Under the pieces are notes generated by a model. That model was not told the DNA's origin. It worked only from the letters and a program-made list of their open reading frames with translations, and ran no database searches. Of a stretch of DNA of 64,000 nucleotides, positions 55,876 to 64,000 are shown one piece after another. Positions within the stretch are counted from its first letter, which is position 1, and each line of letters begins with the position of its first letter. Made by a program: the position numbers and the translations under genes. Where the stretch lies: positions 52,514,001 to 52,578,000 of the forward strand of contig OX597823.1 of the NCBI GenBank assembly GCA_951406725.2, written 5' to 3'. This DNA comes from Octopus vulgaris. Its lineage: Eukaryota.

Positions 55876-56272
55876 CTAGCAGTATCGCCCGGCGTTGCTC
55901 GGGTTTGTAAGGGAAATAACTATATAAGCATTTTTAGAGAGTTATAGCCAAAAAATAGCCAAAAAATACATTAAAAATGGAAAATAGATTAAGGTAAATT
56001 TTTTTTTTAAATCGTTGACACATCGTAGATATTTTTAGAGAGTTACTTCCCTTATATAATAGCGAAAAAATGCATTAAAATGGAAAAATATGATAGTAAA
56101 TTTTTTTAAATCGTAGACTCATCGTAGACGCGCGCTAATACCCAGAAGGGCTCGATATGAATCACGACTATAAGATACCCGGTTTTGGTTACACTGCACC
56201 GCAAAATGTGGGAGTAGTTACGAATCTAAATCGTAGGAGACAGACACACAACTTCACTTTTATATATAAAGA
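55876..56272 (-). mobile_element. Non-autonomous Helitron
   Basis: Minus strand A|TC...CCCGAGCAACGCCGGG hairpin...CTAG|T with no TSD. Confidence 0.85.
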
Positions 56273-56284
56273 TATAAGCCACGT

Positions 56285-56480
56285 AGTTATATACACATAC
56301 TTTGAGTTTTCTCTAAATTTTGCTTAATTGGGGTTGAAATTTTAAAAACTGGACCTGGCACGACCCGATTTATTCTACTCTTAAAAATGCTAGGTAAATT
56401 GTAATTGAAGAAATCCTATATTGTAGATTTCTATAAGAGACAAAGGGAGGCAGATAAAATCTACCTTTTATAATAAGAGA
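56285..56480 (-). mobile_element. Probable Helitron 5' fragment
   Basis: Minus strand starts A|TCTCTTATTATAAAAG, like the neighbour's TCTTTATATATAAAAG; no 3' end seen. Confidence 0.45.
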
Positions 56481-56482
56481 TA

Positions 56483-57318
56483 TAGGATGCAATGGGTAAA
56501 TTGTCATCATTTTACATCTTTAATTTTGTGCATGCATATTGTTTGTTTTTGATTTTGTCCACTACACAGTATAGTAGAGTCAGTTGGACATCATCTGTGA
56601 GCAAAACAGCACTACAACAAAATTCACTCTGCCAGAAATTTGGAAATGACATGCTGTACTGCTTGGCATATGCACTAGAAGTTCCAGTATGAACATTTCA
56701 GAGTGTTTGGGTGTCAATCTGAGGACAGTGCAATCTGATGACATATACCGGGAGTGATAAAAATCAAGTCATCCAGTCAACATTATGGTGTTTGGAGTGA
56801 TCATCTTCCCACATGTACTCAGACTCGACACAGAGGCCTACATTAAGTGCCTGGTGGAAGTACTGTTGCTGTAGGTCAAGAGGGTGGCAGCTGGAACACT
56901 ATATCTCTAGCAACAGGACTCTGCACCATGCCACAAAAGCAGGAGTATCCAGTCACGGCTGTCAGACAATTTCTGTGACCACATCAACTTTAACATCTGG
57001 TCACCTAACTCCCCACACTGCAACCCCCTTGAGCGAGAGACCAACAAAACACCATGTAACATCAAAGATGAACTGAAGGCAAGGATTATGGCAGCATTCA
57101 CCAACTTAAACAAGGAGACCATCCAGAAGAGTTGCAGGAGATTCTGAAGTCATCTGCAAGCTATGGTTGAAGCCAATGGCAATTTTATTGAATAAATTTA
57201 CTGTTTAGTATTTCAAGATATTTTTATGTAATTTTGGTAAATATATCTGTTAAAATGAGAGGTCAGTGTTATTTTCATTTTTGTGCAATTTAGATGACAG
57301 TTTATTCACCGCACCCTG
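56483..57318 (+). mobile_element. Internally deleted DD37D (maT-type) transposon with TA TSD
   Basis: Imperfect TIRs TAGGATGCAATGGGTAAATTGTCATC / GATGACAGTTTATTCACCGCACCCTG; QQDSAPCH and WSPNSP remnants. Confidence 0.85.
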
Positions 57319-57439
57319 TATATGTATGTATATGTATACATCTGTGTGCATGTCTTTGTATCTGTATCTGTTACTTCATACCAATCAACAGCCGGTATTT
57401 GTGTGGTTATGAGAGACCAACAGAATAAGTACTTGGCTT

Positions 57440-57473
<34 letters not shown>

Positions 57474-57949
57474 TCCGGGGTTCAATTTGTTCAACAGGTG
57501 CTTCAGCATGGCCGCAGTCAACTAGCTGAAACAAATAAACAGGTAAAAGAATGTTGTGTCTGTCAGTCATGGTTGACCATGTAGCTGCATTCGTCAAACA
57601 TGTATGCACAAGCTTGGTTCTTTTATGAAAGGTTAGTGACTGCTTCTGTATACAAGTGTCCCCATTCCATGCCAATGATACATCCTTGAAAAAAGGGTTG
57701 TAAGGTCAAGCAAGAGCCAATATTGTTGAAGGCATTTTTGTAAGAACACAAATTGGTAGAATAATTACTGCAAGGCATCCAATCCATCTTTCTAACAATT
57801 TTGTTAATCAATCACCATGGATCGAAACTTTCTTTTACCAACTGCTGAAAATCTAAAAGGTAAAGTTGATGTGGTAGGATTTGAACTCAGAAAATAGGAA
57901 GAAATACTGTGAGGCACCCTATCTGAAACTCTAACAACTTGTTTCTAGT

Positions 57950-58020
57950 ATATATGTAGATATAGTTATAGATGTATGCATATATATATACAACCAGATA
58001 GACAGATAGATAGATAGATT

Positions 58021-58064
<44 letters not shown>

Positions 58065-58208
58065 AAGAGGTAGAGAGGTAGATAGATAGATGTACATACA
58101 CATATATACATACATGCACATACCACATTCATATATGTATATACACACATACACGTACGCACACACACACATATATATACATATATATAAATATATATAT
58201 ACACATAG

Positions 58209-58243
<35 letters not shown>

Positions 58244-58358
58244 TATATAGGTATACATATATATATGTATATATACATGCACACATACATAGATATACAT
58301 ATATGTGTGTGTACATAATATATATATGCATACATACATATGTATGTATGTATGTATA

Positions 58359-58394
<36 letters not shown>

Positions 58395-58460
58395 TTTATT
58401 GTGTATATAGATATCTGTTTGTATTAGTGCATACTTCCCTGTGTGTGTAAAATAAATGTG
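57950..58460. repeat. Compound microsatellite field
   Basis: Seen directly. Confidence 0.9.
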
Positions 58461-59345
58461 TGTAAGCGAACACAAAGAAAGAATTGTTTTTCAGAGAATT
58501 AAGTATCTTTCTCTTCTGAAACTAGATGTTGTGGAAAACTGTTGGATGTCAGAATATATATGATAAACTGCCAGGGGATATGTTCAAAGGTCTGTGAATT
58601 ATACAATAATAAAATATACATTGACCTGCTTCAATAATTAAGCTTATTTTATCAGCAGAAACTTTCCACACACCATGTAGGATTATCACGAATAGTTAAG
58701 GTCATGTTTGGCAGATATTCAGTATGGTTTGTAGAAGCATCAGGAATACTGTCAAATCTCTTGATAGCATTCTGTTTATCAAAATCTGTCTCTCATAGGA
58801 TGATGAAAGCATTGCCTAAGTAGATGGGAAAATGCAAAAGATTTTTGGCATTTCTTGTGGATCTGTTTCAAATATCTTCTTAGCATATATTTACATTTTG
58901 AGAATTTGTTTTGCACTTCAAATACAATCTGGAAAGAATACAACTTGAAATATCAAAAGCTTTAATTATTGTCTATATTGGTTTGTTCTATGGAGATAGC
59001 ATTCTATTGTTCTATTGTGCTTTTGCTAAAATAGTTTTTAAAATCATAGATAGGCAGGTCTCTGTTGAAGTAATAGCATAAAGCTCACGCAGTGACTTCA
59101 CTTTATTTAAATGGCATGTAATTTGGGTACCATTTGAGATTACAGTTCAGGGGCAGCAATGACAAAAATCTGTTTTGCATATAGTTTATGTCCTCACCAC
59201 TTCACCTCTCTATCTATTTATCTCTCTCTCACTCTCTCTCTATCTCTCTGTTGGAGGGCTCATAAAATAAACTTGCTGAAAGATCTTAATATATTCAACA
59301 ATGAAAAATTATAACATGCTCACAGAGTCACTGTCGCACACAGAC

Positions 59346-59430
<85 letters not shown>

Positions 59431-59759
59431 ACAGTTCTGCATTGATATTTTCATGTAAATCTTGCTAAGATGATTTTTCAAAATATTTGCATTTACATTA
59501 TAGTTGGAGCAATTGTTATTCTAGCGATAATCTTTTAACAATGTAAGGAGAGAATAAATTATTTTGAAGTTAGAGAATATTGCTTCCATACATAGCCATA
59601 CAAGTTCATATATATATATATATATGCATGTGTGTGTGTTTATGTGTGTGTGTGTAAGTATGTACGTATAATATTACAGTACTTAAATATATCGATAATG
59701 TATTTTATAAAATGTAACCATTATCTGGTACAGAACTCAATACACTAGGTAGAGTGGAT

Positions 59760-60325
59760 AGATCTTTTATTTGTTTCAGTCATTAGACTGCAGCCATGCT
59801 GGGGCATACTGCTTTGAAGAAATTTTAATTGAATGAACTGACACCACTACTAATTTTTTTAAACCTGCTACTTACCTTATTGATCTCTTTTGCCACACCA
59901 CTAAGTTATAGTAACTTAAACACACCAATACCATTTGCTAAGAGGTGGAAGGGAGCAAAGACACACTCATGGTGCTGGTGCTACGTGGCACTTTGGGCAA
60001 GTGTCTTCTACTATAGCCTCTAGCCGACCAAAGCCTTGTGACTGGATTTGGTAGACAGAAACTGAAAAGAAGCCTGTCGTATATATGTATATGTATATAT
60101 GTGTGTGTGTGTGGGTTTGTGTGTGTGTGTTTGTGCCCCCAACATCGCTCGACGACCAATGCTGGTGTGTTTACGTCCCCGTAACTTAGTGGTTCGGCAA
60201 AAGAGACCGATAGAGTAAGTACTAGGCTTAAAAAGAATAAGTCCTGGGGTCAATTTGCTCAGCTAAAGGCGGTGCACCAGCATGGCCGCAGTCAAATGAC
60301 TGGAACAAGTAAAAGAGTAAAAGAG
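59760..60325. mobile_element. Inverted pair of SINE family A pieces (minus tail 59760-59940, plus copy 59975-60325)
   Basis: Both match family A. Confidence 0.82.
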
Positions 60326-61066
60326 AGCCAGAGCAAATATCACAAGACACTTTGTCTGATGCTCTACTACTTCTGCCAGTCCACCTAAAGGATATAAATA
60401 ATATCCTTGGAAATTTAACACAGATCTATGGGACAACTTCTACATCATCACTTGATCTGCTAATTTCAGATGCTAAATTTCTCATTACAGATATTCATAT
60501 AGGAAATGGTCTGTAAAATGAGTTCCAAAATGTATTAGAAATCACTAACAAATAGTATTGGAACAGATAGATATTGGATTGCTAGTTCTTTCAGTTAAGA
60601 AGAATACAGACTAGAAAGGTGTGTGAAGTTATATCTGAGAATGTTGGATCTCTCAAGACTAATCCTCCTCCTGCTGCTGCTGCTGCTGCTGCTGTTGTTG
60701 TTGTTTACCTTCACATCTTCTATGAATGAACAAACCTATGACCAAAAGCATTTCATTTGTAACCATCCTTTGTTTTTCTTTAGTGCATATAAACATAAGG
60801 GAGATTTTTTTAAAAATTCTTCTTTTCTTTAACTGATTCCAATCACTGGACTGTGGCCATATTGGGGCACCAGCTTCAAAGGTCTTTTTGTCAATGATAT
60901 TGACTCCAGTAGTTATTTCAATCTGATATCTACTTTCTCAATCTCTGATGTTGAGCAGTTCAGCTTCAGGAAAGAAATGTACACGACAGAAACAACAATA
61001 CTAGAATATATATTAATAAACATAAATGCAGGCACACATACATTCATGCACATCCACCTCACTCCA

Positions 61067-61116
<50 letters not shown>

Positions 61117-62099
61117 ACACACACACTCACACACACACACTCACTCACACAAGGTTGTCATCTGGACAGTTTTATCCACCAAATTCCACTTACAAATTAT
61201 TGGTTAACCAAAGTCAATAGTAAAAGCCACATGTCCAAGAGGCCACATAGAAGGATTCAGTCCAGGATCACATAACTGCAAAGCAGCCTTCTTAAGCACC
61301 TGACTCTGCCCGCACAAAAAAATGATGTGATCTGAGTGAAATTTGGTTGCTATTTCTAGTAGACTAAGCAGCAGTATAGAGGCAGACTGGATGCACCATC
61401 AAGATAACTGGAAAGAAGCTGCTTTTCAAACATATCCAGCCCATGTTTAAATGGAAAAATTGATGTTAAAACAATGATAATGGTGATGATTAATATAAAT
61501 GTGACATGCCTTATCCCTTCCTCTACAGCCATGTTAGTCAACAAAGGATTAATGTGAAAACATTGTTTGGATTGCTTGGTCACATTTAGGAACCAGGTAC
61601 TCTAACAATTTTGATTGTATTAAGTGAAGAACTTACATAGTTGTAAAATGTGTAGATGGCTTCCTTTTAGAGAAAGAGAGATATTCAATCAGTAATTAAA
61701 ACAACACAATTAGTTGCTGAATATCTAACTGAATTTTCAAATAATGTTTGATGAACATATCTCACAGGAAATTAAACTTATTGACCTATTTTCGATAACT
61801 TTCTTATTGGTTTGTTATCACCAGGGCAAATAATTCAGAAAATGTAGTTCCTTGGCATCAAAATGTACCAAATATTGTTTCTTATTAGAGTGACTTGCTG
61901 ATTTTACTGGAATTTAAAATGAAGAGGAAACAAGAGTGTGGCGGACAGTGGGGAATCATTGAAGAGAGAAAGTTAGAAAGACTAGTAAAATTGCATCAAG
62001 AAAAATTTTCTGAGAACAAATGTAGATCCTGAGTAATGTTGCAATACCTAAAATCTGTGTCTTTACATATCTGGGGCAATATAAATATTACTTTTCTCA

Positions 62100-62530
62100 G
62101 AAGTGGCTGTGTGGTAAAAAGCTTGCTTTCAAACCACATGGTTCTGCGTTCAGTCTCACTGCATGGTACCTTAGGCAAATGTCTTCTACTATAACCTCAG
62201 GCCAACTAAAGCCTTGTGAGTGGATTTGGTAGACGGAACCTGGAAGAAGCCCATGGTGTATATATACAACCCCACATACTTCAAACTTATCCAACAAAAA
62301 GAAAGTTATGGGTAGACTTGCAGAAATGTTAGAGTGTTGGGAAAATGCCTTGAGGTATTTTTTATGGATCTATATGATCCTGAGTTCAAATCCAGCATAG
62401 GCCAACTTTGCCTTTTATGTTTTGAAGGGTGATAAAATAAAGTACCAGTTTAGTGTTGTGATTGGTGTAACCAACAAACATCTTTCCCTAAATATTGCTG
62501 GCACTGTGCCTAAATTAGAAACAATTATTG
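62100..62530 (+). mobile_element. SINE family A head followed by a diverged family C copy
   Basis: GTGGCTGTGTGGTAA head at 62103; GAGTTCAAATCC at about 62382. Confidence 0.75.
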
Positions 62531-62934
62531 TATCTGTAAATGCATGAATACATATCTTCATTATATTTTTTAAGATAATTGTTTTATTTGTTTTGCAGAA
62601 TTCTTCAGCTTGGTGGTTTTGTTGGCAAGAATTATAATTAACCCTATAAATTTTTTTTTTGTAACTGTGGACAAAATTTTAATTGTTTAAAAACCATTTC
62701 GGAGAAGTTGTGAGAAATATGTAATTAACTGTATCTCTTAATTAGATGTGAGAGAGAAGTATTAACTATCTCATCCAATAAGTGTGAGGAACATGTGTTA
62801 GTTAACTAGCTTTCGGAATTCCATGTAAAAGGGAAGTGTTAACCAAGTCAGCTAGTCTTCAGATATAAGAGAAATGTGTTAACCATCTCACACAATCCGT
62901 GATGCAAATATGTTGTTGATATTTACACACAAAT

Positions 62935-63150
62935 TAAGGTGAGAAGCAGGTAGAATTGTTAGCACTCTGGACAAAATGCTTAGCAGCATTTCATGTCTTT
63001 ATGTTGAGTTCAAATTCCGCCAAGGTCAACTTTGTCTTTCATTTCTTTCTGGGTTGATGAAATAAGGACTAACTAAGTACTGGGGGTCGATGTAATTGAC
63101 TTACATCCTCCTCTGAAATTACTGGCCTTGAGCCAAAATTTCAGACTGAT
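62935..63150 (+). mobile_element. SINE family C
   Basis: Collinear with other copies. Confidence 0.8.
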
Positions 63151-63384
63151 ATTTACATGCAAATCACCTCTGATCAAACACCTGTATGACCAAAAGCATT
63201 CCAGCCATGGCCATTTCATATATATTTGTTCAGATATCATATCTCTACAATTGCATCATCCAAAATCTCCTTTTATTTATTTAAGATATTGGGTGGGGGT
63301 GGGAATATGAGGAAAATAAAATTGCTATTTTTAGTAGGTCAAATGACTATGTATTTGGCTTCTTGTTGAAATATGAAAATAACA

Positions 63385-63690
63385 ACAAGGGTTCCAGTTG
63401 ATCTGATCAATGGAACAGCCTACTCGTGAAATTAACTTTCAAATAGCTGAGCACTCCACAGACAAGTGTACCTTTAATGTAGTTATCTGGGGGATTCAGA
63501 GTAACACAGAATGTAACAAGGCTGAGCCTTTGAAATACAGGTACTACTCATTTTATGCCAGCTGAGTGAACTGGAGCAACATGAAATAAAGTGTCTTGCT
63601 CAAGAACACGATGCATCACCAGGAATTGAACTCATGACCTTATGATCATAAGCCAAATACTCTAACCAGTAAGCCATGTTCTTTCACAAA
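63385..63690 (-). mobile_element. SINE family B
   Basis: Reverse complement of 21570-21885. Confidence 0.82.
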
Positions 63691-63814
63691 CATGTGTATA
63701 CCCTTTACCTTTTTAAGGAAGCTACGATATGGTTTGAGAGAGATTTAGAAGCTATGTCTAGCTTGTAGATTGAGTTACCACACAAATGCTATCTGTTAAT
63801 ATTACTATATAGAG

Positions 63815-64000
63815 TAAGGCAGTGAACTGTCAGAATCATTAGTATGCTGGGTAAAATGCTTAGCAGTATTTTGCTTGTCTTTACAAAATACTTAGCAGCA
63901 TTATGTTTGTCTTTATATTCAGGGTTCAAATTCCACTGAGGTCCACTTTGTCTTTCATCCTTTTGGGGTCAATAGAATAAGCACCAGTTGAACACTAGGG
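63815..64000 (+). mobile_element. SINE family C with internal tandem duplication of about 32 bp, cut by window end
   Basis: AAAATRCTTAGCAG...TTGTCTTTA occurs twice. Confidence 0.8.

Noticed and set aside
62580-62641. Plus strand acceptor followed by ILQLGGFVGKNYN-stop
   Set aside because: Too short, with no partner exons; such acceptors arise by chance in T-rich DNA
62800-62870. Minus strand CTGAAGA...CGAAAGCTAGTTA
   Set aside because: Stems I and II do not form convincingly

Overview
AT-rich, repeat-saturated animal genomic DNA. The SINE families resemble those I recognise from octopus, so a coleoid cephalopod is inferred, not proven. There is no convincing host gene: most ORFs in the track are microsatellite artefacts, and only one weak terminal-exon candidate was found (18224-18312, minus strand). 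The window holds dozens of tRNA-derived SINE copies from three families, (TA/CA/GA)n microsatellites, two minisatellites, DD37D (maT) and DD34D mariner remnants, a piggyBac-type MITE and Helitron derivatives. LINE remnants include RTE, R4/Dong and a nearly intact CR1/L2-group reverse transcriptase, plus several decayed Penelope-like elements (PLEs). The most notable signal is a set of about 9-10 minimal hammerhead-ribozyme motifs on both strands. Several have palindromic stem III and unusually long stem II. They sit in TA-microsatellite-anchored, often palindromic PLE-derived units, including a 2.3 kb +/-/+ array. Several locally templated duplications and inversions were also seen. All folds and alignments were done by eye, and repeat boundaries are approximate.
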